The notes under the pieces: model-generated
Told to the model about the DNA's origin: nothing
The model's input: the letters and a program-made list of their open reading frames with translations, nothing else
Databases searched by the model: none
Shown: in pieces, positions 11,291-23,639 of the stretch
Numbering within the stretch: the first letter of the stretch is position 1
Layout: each line of letters starts with the position of its first letter
Assembly (NCBI GenBank): GCA_013265495.1
Contig: MU058337.1
Location: 1,604,777-1,668,776 of the forward strand
Reading direction: 5' to 3'
From: Vicugna vicugna
Taxonomy: Eukaryota
Length of the DNA stretch: 64,000 bases
Made by a program: the position numbers and the translations under genes

Positions 11291-11907
11291 TGTAGATGAA
11301 AAATATTGCCTGCCATTTCAGTAAACAAAGGATGCTGGGACCTCTAGCCAGCAGCCCTGGCAGCCGCCCCCAGCTGTGCAGCGGGAGGGCATTCACGATG
11401 AAGAAAAGGACACTGGCCCTAGATCATTAAGGTGCAAATCAAGGGGATGATTTCAATGAGCCCAGACTCTCGCATCTTCCCACACAAAGAAAAGCGCTAA
11501 TATAGAATGTACAACAAGCAATTTAGAATACAGAATACAGAATGCAGCACCGAGAATTCAGAACATGGAATGCAGAACACAGTATATAAAATATGGAATA
11601 CAGAATACGGAATATAGAATATAGAATAGAGAATACAGAATACAGAACCCAGAATTTAGAACCTGGAAAAAAAAAAAAAGAAAAGCGCTAAATTCATTAA
11701 CTTGAGATGTCTGGTTTTCTTTAATTAACAGTAATCTTTCGATGTTCCAACTACCTGGTCCTTGTTGCAGAACTCCTGTGTATCCTGGCTCCTCCTTTAC
11801 CCCTCGGAGCAGTCCCTCAGAGAATCTTTCAGACTTCAGTCCTCAGAAAAATCCGCGAATAAGACATAATTCTCAGCTTTTAGATTGTGCGCCTTTTTCA
11901 GTTGACA
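11291..11907 (+). mobile_element. ERV1-type solo LTR
   Basis: TG...CA termini (tgtagatg...gttgaca), 4-bp TSD gtgg (11287-11290, 11908-11911), poly(A)-signal-like 'aataagacataattctcagcttttagattgtgc' near the 3' end. Confidence 0.85.
11501..11676 (+). repeat. 24 x 7-bp tandem repeat (consensus TACAGAA) + poly(A), flanked by a 15-bp TSD
   Basis: Units run 11501-11668 without indels, then an A run; aaagaaaagcgctaa is duplicated at 11486-11500 and 11677-11691. Confidence 0.9.
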
Positions 11908-12019
11908 GTGGCAATCAGTATTTTAAACTCAACCAACCCAGGCAGAGGGCTCATGTAGGGCAAAGCGTAGGTGCAAAGGAGGGGAAGTCTGGATCACGTC
12001 CTGAGTTTTGGGTCTAAGT

Positions 12020-12640
12020 GTGCTCTGCTGGATGAGTTTACAGGTAGCCACATCACACGGCAGGTTTGATAGATGTCATGAGAGAAGCACAAATAAAATA
12101 CTCGGGGCGGGGGCTGGTGTTCAAAGGAACGGGAACGTGCATTGGGATGTGATGACACACCATGCAGAAGGCAAACTATGGAACAGCAAAGATTCCAAAG
12201 GGCAGAGGTGGGAGGGGAGCGTGTTTTGGAGGTTGGACCATCATGAATGACAGGCTGATGCTGGGAGAGAAGCATGGGGCTGGTTCTGAGGGGACACAGG
12301 CCACCAGGTGTTCTGGAGCGCGGTCTAGTGCGGGGAGCGACGGAGACTCACGGCAAACCAGGCTGGGTTCCTGCGGGGAAGCCAGAAAGGCCAGCTGAAA
12401 ACACTGTGGACTGGCAACGTTAAGCCACTTGAGGGGTTTTCAAAGAGGAAACAAGCCTTGTAGTAAATGTGAGCGAGGACCAGGGGGTGGAAGGATAGAA
12501 ACTAGAGGCCGGAAAAGGAGGAAGGAGGCTGCTGGAAACAAGCAGAGAGACTTGGAAGCAGGGCCATTGCGGTGCAGGCAAAGAGGAGGGAGTTTGCGGA
12601 CGGGGAAGCAGCGCTGCGGAAGGTGAGAGGAGGCAGGACG
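12020..12640 (-). mobile_element. Decayed L2 fragment
   Basis: 'cagcaaagattccaaagggcagagg', 'agccacttgaggggttttcaa', 'ggaaggaggctgctggaaacaagcag' in L2 order. Confidence 0.45.
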
Positions 12641-12680
12641 AGTGGAGCTCCCGGCCTCACGGGTGCCGCGTACCTGGGAG

Positions 12681-12683
<3 letters not shown>

Positions 12684-12726
<43 letters not shown>
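12684..12726. repeat. (GT)n microsatellite
   Basis: Direct reading. Confidence 0.95.
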
Positions 12727-12727
<1 letters not shown>

Positions 12728-13217
12728 GGGTGTGTGTGGCTTGGGGTGCTTGGGGTGTGGGAAGATGATCCTGGTCTGAGGTCCCGCTGAGACATTAAGA
12801 TAATACAGACACCAAAAAGGCCAAGCTAGGTCCCCACCAAGGAAAGTCTTACTGAGAAACAAGCACCCAGAGGACAGGTGGCCGCTCAGCGTGTGCTTCG
12901 TTGCAGCAACATCAGCAGGAGAGAATTTTAAAGGAGGTTCTGAAGCCTCACCTCACTTTATTTTCTATAATATATGGATATTGAAATGTTTTTTGTTATT
13001 TACCTTTGAAGGATGAATATGTAAAGCCATATACACATATTTATTATAGCACGAGTAGTAATACTGAAAACACAAAGTACAAAGAAGCAAAAAAACAAAA
13101 AACAAACCCCAAACAAAAAACTGCCCATAGACTTACCATCTAAAGGTAAACACTCTGATAGTCTTTTTTCAAAGTCGAAGTTTCTCACCACATATTTGTA
13201 ATCATATTGATGATAAT

Positions 13218-13360
13218 TCTTTTCTTTTTTTTGCCTTTTTTTTTTTAAGCAGAGGGAGGTAATTGGGTTTACTTATTTATTTATTAGAGGAGGTTCAGGG
13301 ATTGAGCCCAGGACCTCGTGCGTGCTGAGCACACGCTCTGCCACTCGGCTATACCCTCCC
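13218..13360 (-). mobile_element. vic-1-type SINE, long form (body + (TAAA)n + 'cctaattacctccc'-like tail + poly(A))
   Basis: tRNA-like body with A/B boxes; TSD-like taattc(t/c)ttcttt on both sides. Confidence 0.85.
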
Positions 13361-15374
13361 ACCCTTCTAATTCCTTCTTTGAAATCAACCCATTCTATAC
13401 ACCCTCTGTGCAGTCCCCTCCCAATGAATATTTTTTGGAAATTCAGGAAGAAATTACAATAAGAAAAAAAACGGAATTGATAGACTATTACCTATTCTTG
13501 AGCAGCCCATGTGATAAATTTGATTTGCTGCTTTCCCATTTTTCAGTGCGTGTGCATCTGTTAAGTAGAACCCATCAGTACCCACTTTTCTTTGTTTATC
13601 TTTGGGTGTTTGCCTTTAGGACTGCCTGTAAACATATTCTGTTTTATGAAAGCAGAGTAGAGGTCTGGCTACTAGCTATGGTCTAACTGGTATAATTCCA
13701 CATTCATTTCTGATGCACGTTGGAAAACATTTTTCCACCAAGTGTCGTAAAAATCTGGAGTGTAGGGGAAATGCTTGGTAGTTTCCATCGTGAATGTAGA
13801 TTAAAAAAAATCAAACCTGACCAAAACTTTCATGAATATTTTGAAGTTATTAGAGAGGACAAATTCCCTTCTTGTGAGTTTCTCCTTTCAGCAGAGGGAA
13901 AATACACTGGTTCTCCCTTGTGTTTACGTTAGAGGATGGGGCGGGGGCCCCCAACTGCTGGGGGTTGGATGAGGCCTCAGCCTCGTCTGCCAGTGCAGTC
14001 ACAGGGGCAGTTTACATCCGGGTGAAGCTAATCCCAGGAGGAAGTTCCTCTGTAGGGATCTGCTGAATTCTCACTCATCTCCTCAGACTTCCGTTGTTTG
14101 CCTTGAAAAGCATCCTTAAGTATTGGACTTTCCAGTAAACCACCTCAAAAAACATTTTCCTTTGCAATGCGAGGAAATGGCATTTTGCCCAAACTAAGTG
14201 GAATTCAAACCCCAAAAGAGCTGAATTCATTTGAAAGTTGCAAGTGTCCATTGAAGAAGGCTTTACATTTTGTAACATCTTCCTTATCCTGAGCTTAGAG
14301 AGGCATGCAGAAGTTAAGCTTGCTTAGTTAAAATCCGTATTCCGGTTTCGTATCGGTGTTTTATCTGGTAACATCCTGACATACAAGTCGTATTACATGA
14401 ACCCTAAGGATGGGTGGGGACCCATATAAATGCCACATACAAGCCACATATCTGTAATCACACATTTGGCCCCACTTTTATACATTTTTATAACAAGTTA
14501 TTTGCTGATTACAAATGGTAAGACCAGCCTGATACTTTTTGTAATAAATTCCTCTTTGTGAAATATATGAGTTCTGGGAATCGTTTGTATTCCTTGGTTG
14601 TACTGAGATTTAAATAATATTCTCCCTGTTTAGAATTAGAGCTAAAACTTTTTAGAAAGCAGGATGCAAAATATTATAATCTCATTACAGGGTTGAGGTT
14701 TACTTTAAAAATGTGTTTATCGATTTTAGTTTATAGATTTTAGAATCAAGTAAAGATAATAATTACAGGCCCGTCTGTTGGGAACATTTGAGATGGGGAG
14801 GAGGTTGGAGGCAGACTGCTCGCAGGGGAAGTGTGGGCAGGAGGCCAGAGCTGACCATCCTGGATAAGAAAGAAGGTTCTGCCCAAGGGGTGTGTTTTGC
14901 AAAGCGCCCCCTTGATTTGCTCTTCAAAATGTAAAGAAGACTTAAAAAGTGTCTACCTAACCAAGTTTTATTTTAATGCTAATTTCGAGGGGGCTAAACA
15001 GGGCATTTTGATGTGTAATACTGTTCATATGCGTAATGGGTTCAGGTCGGCTCCGAGCTTTGAAAAATGAACCCCTTTCATGTGCCTCGTTCATCAGCTT
15101 TAATTGGGGAGGTGCCTCAATTCTCTATTTCATTAAAACCCCACAAGCCAAGAACAAAAGCAAGACACGTAATTCCTATAAGAATGGAAAAATAATAGAT
15201 CATGTTAAGTCAAATCTCAAAGAAAACAACCCAGAAGGAAAGCTGGGGCCAAGATCACATATTCTTTGACAAGGAACAATAGTGAAATACAACTTCTGAC
15301 AGTCAGTGGTACCATTTATTCAGATATTCAAAAATTACTGGAAGCAGTAGGAATATCTGCTTTTCAGTGACCGA

Positions 15375-15550
15375 CGTGTCTGCCTGGCTCCTTACCCGCA
15401 TGTCTTAATTTAATTTCTTGACAGTTGTATGAGGGAGGATTTATTACCAACATTGGGAGGTTAAGAACACAGAGACCTGGAAGGTAAGTAACTTGGCCAA
15501 GGTTTTGATCTGGGTAGGCGTGTAGTCTGAACTTGTAACCACAGACGCTC
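15375..15550 (-). mobile_element. MIR SINE
   Basis: 'ttaatttaatttcttgacagttgtatgagg...ggtaagtaacttggccaagg'. Confidence 0.6.
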
Positions 15551-15579
15551 CTCACCTCGTCTCTGTTTTGTTTGTTTTT

Positions 15580-15746
15580 AATTCTTTTTTTATTGAGGTG
15601 TAGCTGATATACAATGTTAGTTTCAAGTCAAGTGTACAGCAAAGCGATTCAGTTTATACATACATATGTACATATATTTTTCAGATTCTTTTCCATTATG
15701 TGTTATTACGGGAAATTTAATATAGTTACCTGTGCTATATGTTAGT
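15580..15746 (-). mobile_element. L1 3' UTR tail (artiodactyl type)
   Basis: 'ttttattgaggtgtagctgatatacaatg...gtgtacagcaaagcgattcag...ttcagattcttttccatta...cctgtgctata'. Confidence 0.85.
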
Positions 15747-15764
15747 TCCTCAGTGTCTCTGTTT

Positions 15765-15877
15765 TTATTTTACTTTTTTCCCCCTTTCTTTTCTTTTTTT
15801 AATGGAGGTACTGGGGATTGAACCCAGGATTTCATGCATGCTTAGCATGTGCTCTACCACTGAGTTAGACTCTCCCC
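15765..15877 (-). mobile_element. vic-1-type SINE, short form
   Basis: 'aatggaggtactggggattgaacccagga...gctctaccactgag'. Confidence 0.9.
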
Positions 15878-17858
15878 ACTTTTTTCTTCCTTTCTTTATG
15901 CTTCAGAATTGGCATTGTGAATAACTGAATGACCATCACACACACAAAAAAGGGTATAAAATAAAAAAGAATAAAATAAAAAAAATTTCATAGAGAAGAG
16001 GTAGAGCTTCTAAATACTAGATTTCTTAAGTAAGTTTATTTTAAGAATTTTGACTAAAAAACCCATGTTTTTCAAATATAATAAATATTCTCACATCATC
16101 TAATTCTTTATAGAAATTGTAACTCAAACAGTCTGGAACTTAGGAAATAAAAGGAAGACATTACTTTTCTTGTTGGAAAAAAAATAGCTGCTTCTTTCCA
16201 TCACTTGACAAAGACATCGCGTGAGAGCTCCGTGCGTGGCACAGGCCATCTAGGTGTTTGTAATTAATCCATCCCGTTGTGCCGCCCCGTGACGGCCGAG
16301 CTGGGCTAGGTATCCATGTCTGCCAGTCTCTTTGCGGATCAAATCTTAGTCCTCTTTCCGATTCAGGAGGTCCGGGGGTCTTAATGATACTCATCTGTTA
16401 TCACTTATGGCTTAAACAGCTAGTGACATTTTACATTTTTGTTTTATTGGTTCTGCTGTCCTGGAGATGGAGACAGAGCAAAACCAGGTATCACAGGAGA
16501 TCAGGGCACCGCTGCCCGCACATCGCGCAATAACCAAGGACAAATCTCTCCCACCTGGGTTCAAAACCACTGAAAACTTGCAGTGCTTTGCAAAGAGACA
16601 AACAATATCCTTGAGATGGCTCTCAGAAGCACATCATTGTCTTCATGTGGAGAGTGATTTAGAGTAATTAAATATAGTGGTCAGTAGGGTGGGGAGAATG
16701 GGAAAATGACTAGAATACACTGAACACACGTTCTCATCTGGAAAAGAAAACAGACACCTCTGGTGATTAGGACCATCTCCCTTCAAGAAGAGACAATTAA
16801 CTCTTTTTTGATTCATTTCCCAAAAAAGATATTTAATGATGGAATTGCCGTCCAACACAGAGCACCGTGTCAATTGCTTGATACAAATGACAGATGTTTA
16901 AACTTACTGGAGCTGCAGAACAAACTTTGTTAAAAAGGTTCCAAACCAGATGTTCACAATATTGTCATTTTGAGAGAGGGGAGGGAGGGAGAGGGGGAAA
17001 ATGTCTTTTCACATCACCATGGGCGAGAAGAAAATCTGTCAGCATATCTCGTGGAAGACACGGAGCTAGTGCGTAGAGGAAGGGGTCCAAACCGCACGCA
17101 TGCTCTAAAAATGAAAGATAACCTGCCGCAGGTCAGGGTTTGCTGGACGTTCCAAGGATCAGCTCCACTGTGCTTACGGCTTCCACGTTGTTGTGAGTTG
17201 ATGAAACATGAGTGTTCTGTGGTCGTAACACAGAGCTGGGAGACAGCTCGGCATTTGCAGCTGCGAGGGCGGGAGGTGACGGGGAGCGGAGGAACCTCGG
17301 ACCTTTTCATCTTTAACTACACCTGCCTCCCCCAGAGCCCCCCAGGGGAAAACAAACAGCTATAACCCTGCGGTCCCTAATCTGTTTCCCTGACCAGTGG
17401 ACAGTATGGGGACAGTGTAAAGTCACAGCTGTTACTTAAAAAGTTCTGAAATTCACAAATGTATAATGAGTATAACAATACCAGGTCCCTTGGCCCCTTA
17501 CTTTGGTTCTAGCTGTATATTTGGTGCCCCCACCACCACCACTCCCTTTATTCCTCTTCAAAGCAACTTCTGAAGTTCATTATAACCAGATTTCTCACAT
17601 TAAGAGAAAAGGCACAGGTAACTCTTGGTCACAGGCGGTGTCCATCAGACCCTCCAGGCATTTCTAGCTCCCGGACTTAGAATAAAGGCTGCCTTTGTGG
17701 CCACTGTCCTTTCCTGCTTTCTGTCCATTTATTCCTGCGTAGTAACCAGGAGATACGAAGGTCCCTAAAAATGTTACACAGCTTTTGATGAAGACAACCG
17801 TGTTTACAAGGCAACATGCAGAGCCAGATGAACCAGTGCAAAACCTGTCAGACTAGAC

Positions 17859-17948
17859 GGGGAGGGGGTAGCTCGGTGGTAGAGCGCGTGCTTGGCATGC
17901 ACGAGGTCCTGGGTTCAATCTCTAGAACTTCCATTAAAAAAAAAAAAA
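17859..17948 (+). mobile_element. vic-1-type SINE, short form, with TSD
   Basis: 'ggggagggggtagctcggtggtagagcgcgtgcttggcatgcacgaggtcctgggttcaatc' + A13; TSD aaacctgtcagactag / aaatctgccagactag. Confidence 0.9.
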
Positions 17949-17979
17949 GAATGCATTTAATATAAATCTGCCAGACTAG

Positions 17980-18270
17980 GCTGGGTTATGCTAACCAGCC
18001 CCAGAATGTCAGGGACTTAAAACAACAGCGGCTTCTTTATGTACATCCTGGGTGGCAGCCCGGTCCCTCTGGAACCTGGGCAGATGAGGTGGTCACCGGC
18101 AACTGTGCCAAAGAGAAAGAGACAGCTGTGGAAGGTCGCACCAGCAGTTAGATGCTTAGTTCAGAAGTGACTCAGTAACGCACCGGCAGAACTAACTAGT
18201 CACCCAGTCCCGGGCAGAGGGAGAAAACAAGACATATTCTGCAAACAGCAAGTGATTGCTGTCACCAGAA
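17980..18270 (-). mobile_element. Old MaLR LTR (MLT1K/L-like)
   Basis: 'gggttatgct...ccccagaatgtcagggacttaaaacaac...cagaagtgactc'. Confidence 0.6.
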
Positions 18271-20221
18271 GAAACCATGGCAAAAGCCTTCGGCCCCCTC
18301 CTCCACCCCCCTCCACTCTGGCTTTGAATTGATATCTGCTGCCTTTGGGGGATTATTCTCAGGAATAATCTGTCCTGGTAAGCGTGCATGATCATTAGAC
18401 CTTTTTGTTTTTCTTTAACGAATATTTTTTTAAAAAGGCATTGAAGTGTTTGTTTTTATGCATGTTTATCTTCATATGTTTTAAGGAATCACAGTGGCTA
18501 TATGTTGACATACTCTGGGCATTTATTGAAAATCTAGTGGAAGAAATCTCAGAAGATTTAAAAAATCCAGCTAAATTTGGTTAGCTTTTTCCTGTAGAAA
18601 GTTCATAATCTTGTTTCATTTCTTCAAAAAGGTATGAACTCCATCAAAGAGTATCTAGAGAAAGATAACTTGAGTTTAAAACCTGTAACACATCATCGTG
18701 TAAAAATTGACTCAGCTCTTCTAACTCCTGTTGGGTTAACATGCAAATGATGATATTTTTCACTTGTGAGAACTTTAGAAAGATTCCTTTTGTGTAACTG
18801 TGGCCAAAAAAACAACACTACTGCGGAGTTTTCTGAGTTCTGTGTATTGTACTCGGCATGGTGGAGACCAGCAGGCAGCCCTGTGGTGCTCTATTTTTGT
18901 TTCACTAACTGCATCCTAGCAAGGACACAGAATAATTGCAACATAACGGAAGCTTTATGCTCCACTGTAATGATCAAAGGATATCAATAATGCAGGCTCC
19001 ACGGAGGAGAACAGTTTCAGTCCCATTTCCTCTTTGGTCTGAAGGAAGCCAAAACGAGCTATCAGTGAAGGTTCCGGACTGTCCACCAGCCTAGAAATCA
19101 ATAGGAAAACAAGTAATTGCACAGCAAAATTCATTCCAACTGCAAGGGTCTTTATGAAATCTCCAGGAGCGGGAATATATCTTCCCCAGTACACTTTGAT
19201 TTTAGAAGCTTTTGAGCGCACCAGACAGCCACGCTGCACTTCGCTGAAGTGCTACCATATCAGAACAGCCACTAAGCTCAGTATTTGGAGTTTGTTTTAT
19301 TAGGACTAAGCAAACCACAAAACAGATAAAACAGTTTTATGGCCTACATCTGGTTGAATAATAAAACATATGGCTGCACCGTCAAGAATGTGCAGCTGTA
19401 AGTTACTGTAAATACCCAGCTCGAGATAGTGATGGAGGTAACAGCACGTGGCACACAGGAAGGTTTATTCCTCTGTGCGTCACAGGATAGACATTTATGA
19501 CTCCCAGACCATTAGGTGGGATTTGCTAATGGTCGTAGGTTTGGTTTGGTCTGGTTTGGCTTCATTTGCTGTTGTATTTATGTTTAGGTTATTTTACTTT
19601 ATTTATAACAGAACTACTGTAGATTCAGGAAGGGACCACCATCCATACTTTTATACCTGGTTTTATATTGTATATGTGTGTCTTGATTCTCTGTGCCTGG
19701 TCTCCGGCTGAATCCTCCTGTTGGCTCTCAAAGAATATTTCAAGGCAAGAGAAAAATTTAACCCGGTCTCTTGCTACTTTGAGGAGAGTTGCTCTGTGGG
19801 TGGGTGATACATTAGAAACGCAAGTTGTTGCCGTGAGAAAGCTATGACACCAAAGACAGCTGAGAGAGAAACAGTGGAACAGACAAATCATGTCTTCGCA
19901 TCTGGTAAATTATTCCTTGTGTCACTAGCACGGAGCGCAAGTCAGTAGCCACCCACTGGCCATTTATCAATCAGAAAACCAGGGAGTGGTAAACAAAATT
20001 TATTTCCAGGCCAACTGTATAGTAAAAATAAGATAGCTGCATATCACAAAATGGTACTATAGCCTAGCACCTTATTCCAAAGAACTGTCCTTAGCTGGAG
20101 GTGAACAGAGGAGGCAAAAAGTTTGAGTTACCATAGATTTTGTTTTTGAAGTGAAGCACTTGGAATAATCTCTCTTCCTTCCTTCCTTCCTTTTTCTTTC
20201 ATCTCTCTCTCTCTCTTTTTC

Positions 20222-21485
20222 TTTTTTAACTGCAACTTTATTTTCTCACAGCAGTTTTAGGTTCACATCAACACTGAGGGGAAGGTGCAGAGATTTCCCA
20301 AATACTCCCTGACCCCACACATGCACAGCCTCCCTCCTCATCAGCACCCCCCTCCAGATGGTACACTTGTTACAGTCGATGAGCCTTCACTGACATATCG
20401 TTATCACCCGGACGCCATAGTTTACATTAGGGTTCACTCTTGGTGTTGTACATTCTATGTGTTTGGACAAATGTTTAATGACATGTATCCATCATTATGG
20501 TAGCATACTAAGTGTTTTTACTGCCCTGAAAACCCTCTGTGCTCTGCCCATTCATCCACCCCCACTCTCCCAATGCCTGGCAACCACAGATCATCTTCTG
20601 TCTCCGTAGTTTTACCTTTTCCAGAATGTCATATAGTTGGGATCATACAGTATGTTGCCTTTTCAGACGGCCTACCTGCACTTCGTTATATGCGTTTGTT
20701 TCTTCCATGTCTTTTCATGGCTTGATAACTCATTTTTTTAACTGCTGAATAAAATAATATTCCATTGTCTGATGTACCACAGTTTATCCATTCACTTCCT
20801 GAAGGACATCTTGGTTTCTTCCAAGTTTGTGTCATTATGAATAAAGCTTCTATAAACATGCATGTGCAGGTTTTTGTGTGTACACATATTTTTAACTCCT
20901 TTGGGTAAATAACCAAGGAGCAGGATTGCCAGATCGTGCAATAGGAGGATATTTAGTTTTGAAAGAAGGCACCAAACTGTCTTCCAAAGTGGCTGTACCA
21001 CTTTCCACCAGCAGTGATGAGAGTTCCTGTTGCTCCCCATCCTTACCAGCATTTGGTGTTGTCGATGTTTTGGATTTCTAGTGGACGGGCAGTGGTATCT
21101 CACTGTTTTGATTTGCGCTTCCCTAATGACATGATGTGGAGCATCTCTTTAGGTGCTTAGTTGCCATGTGTATGTCTTCTTTCGTAAGCTCTCTGTTAAT
21201 GTTGTTGACTCATTAATTTAATCAGGTGTTTTTTTATTGTTGACTTAAAAAAAATTTTTTTTGGTATATTTTGGATAGCTGTCCTTTATCAGATGTGTCT
21301 TTGCAAGTATTTTCTCTCAGTCAGTGGCTTGTCTTCTTATTCGTTTAACAATGTCTTTCACAGAGCAGAAGGTTTTAATTTTAATGAAGTCCAGCTCATC
21401 AATTATTTGTTTCATAGATCATGCCCTTGGTGTTGTATCCAAAAAGTCATCACCATACCCAAGGGCATCTAGGTTCTTTCCTACG
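20222..21485 (-). mobile_element. L1MC1-like LINE (3' UTR + ORF2 C-terminus)
   Basis: 'gcagttttaggttcaca...ccatagtttacattagggttcactcttggtgttgtacattctatg'; minus ORF 20686-20916 IYPKELK..VHTKTCTCMFIEALFI is L1 ORF2. Confidence 0.92.
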
Positions 21486-21639
21486 TCCTTATGTCTTTGT
21501 AGTGGTGATGTAGGTGCTGTGGTCTCCTGGCTGATATGGAAAGAAGCAGAAATGAGATCAGGGTCTCTTTTTGAACCACTCTGCTCAAGGAGATCACCAG
21601 GCAGGCTTTGTGCTCAGCGTGAAGGTGCTTTGGGGTGCT

Positions 21640-22450
21640 TTAGGGATGCAAAGCAGAGATCTGTGGCCTTGTGGGGTTATATTCTAGAAGGAGAGAGAAG
21701 GACAGAAAGTAAACAACTGATATAGTGGATAATTACACAGCACATTAGAGTGGGATGAGTCTTATGGAAAAAATAAAAAATAAAAAGAAAGAGGCAAGGC
21801 AAGGAGAATCGGAAATAGAAGGTGTTACAATTTAAAACTGAGTGGCCAGGGAAGGTCACTGAGAAAGTTCCATTTGAGTAATGATTTTAAGGAGAAGAGG
21901 GATTTATCTGTGCAGCTGTCTTGGGGAAGGTCATTCTAGCAGGGGGCATAGGCAGCAGAAAATCTTCAGGATTAGCATATGCCTGGCCTGTTTGAGGATA
22001 AGCGAGTGAGCCAGTGTGAAATGAGCAACGAGGCAGAGATAGAGAACTAGGAGATGAGGTCACCAGAGTAGCTGATTGTGGACCTTGTTGGATCTGGTGG
22101 ATGTTGTCAGCACTTAGGTATTTATTCTTAGTAGTTCGTAAGCCATTGGACAAGTTTGAGGAGAAGAATGACATGAACCAATTTATGTTTTAAAAGGATT
22201 GCTTTGGCTGTTGAGAAGTGTTAGATTCTGGCTGTATTCTGAAGGTAGGACCAACAAGATTCTTTGATCAGCTGGATTTGAGAGAAAGAGAGGAGTCCAA
22301 GATGACCCTTAGGTAGGTTTGTTGTTTTTTTGTGTCTCTTGAGTCACTGAGGGATGGAGTTGCCGTCCACTACGATGGGAAAGCTGACCCTAGAACAGAT
22401 TTTGGGAGGGAAATCAGCAGTTCAGTTTAGGTCATGTGACAGTTGAGACA
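21640..22450 (-). mobile_element. L2a fragment
   Basis: 'gtggccagggaaggtcactgag', 'gaagccattgga', 'attctgaaggtaggaccaacaagatt', 'gatggagttgccgtccact'. Confidence 0.85.
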
Positions 22451-22829
22451 TGGTATACAAGTTGTCCATGATCTTTAATGGAATGAAAATTCCTACTTAA
22501 ATGTATTTAAGTTTTGGAAAGTTGGTTTATTTAATTAAGTGACTGATGAGCAGTACTGATATAGCAAGTGTCACATGTTGTGAGTAAAGGGCTGAAATTT
22601 GGGAAGTAGGGCTCAAATCACACAGTCAGGAAGTGGCAGAACTGGTTCTGTGTCACCACTTTGTGGACTGTTCTTGCAGGGATCATGTTGCTTCTGTGTC
22701 TCTTGAAAAAGCGAGTGGTGTTCAAATGACCTTTTATTTGAATTTTGTGCAGGATGAATCTGGAACCAACTCCTTCAAGTACTAGTGGCTCCGAAAATGG
22801 TCTGGGGGTTTTCCTTGAGAGCAAGCAAG

Positions 22830-23290
22830 GCATTTTTGAGTCATCTTAGTAGAAGTATAGTGAAGAAGGAAGGAAATGGTTTCAATGTATTTTGGATTTA
22901 TTGGCCCAGATCTGCAGAAACACAATTCTGGGTGCCACAGTTTGATGAGAACATTGGCAAAGTAGAGTGTGTCCAGAGTGAGGCAGCCGAATGGAAGACG
23001 GCATGGAGATCTCCCTGAAGGATGATCAGAAGAACTGGGCTGTTACATAAGATTACAAAAAAAGGTCCCTAAATGTTTGAAGGAGACAATTTAAGCAATG
23101 TATTTAGAAGAGGGATAAAATTCCTGAGGGTTAAATTGGATGGAAGTTTCAAGGAAGCACAGTATGCTTCAAAAGAAGCAGGTACTTCTCATTAATTAGA
23201 ACATCTGGAAAAGGAATTGTCTTTGCTTGTGAGCAGATAAACACCATTGCTGGACAGAATCCAGCAGGTGTTAGAGGACCCCTGTCAGGG
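22830..23290 (+). mobile_element. L3/CR1 LINE ORF2 C-terminal fragment
   Basis: Translation QFWVPQFDENIGKVECVQ matches the CR1 motif QFW.P.F.KDI.KLE.VQ. Confidence 0.75.
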
Positions 23291-23639
23291 ATTTGCACTG
23301 AATCATTAAATTTTAGAATTAAAAAGAACCTTAAGAACCCAAGATAGAAATTCTACTGAAGAAAGAACTGGGAAAGTGAAACTCTATGGTCTCATCCAAT
23401 TCCCAGATTCTGTTACCATAAAAGCTCTCGAAATCCACCCACTGGGTGGCTCGCCATTTGTGCTACAAAAACACATGACTTGTGCTCACCATATGCTGAA
23501 CACTGATGATTGCTTGGTTATTCTCTGCTTGGCCCATGCTCACATTCTTAGGCTTTGAAAATGTTGAGTTATAAGCTTCCCAAGGGCGGGCTGTATTTGT
23601 TTCCAGACCTGTTTATGCCAGTTTTCTTTCCCATTGTAG

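Noticed and set aside
11501..11668. CRISPR-like array or coding heptad repeat
   Set aside because: No spacers, mammalian context, and a 7-nt period gives no sustained reading frame
17859..17930. tRNA-Ala gene
   Set aside because: Poly(A) tail, TSD, degenerate acceptor stem and many dispersed copies identify it as a SINE
20686..21103. ORFs with protein-like sequence
   Set aside because: Broken L1 ORF2 remnants, not host genes
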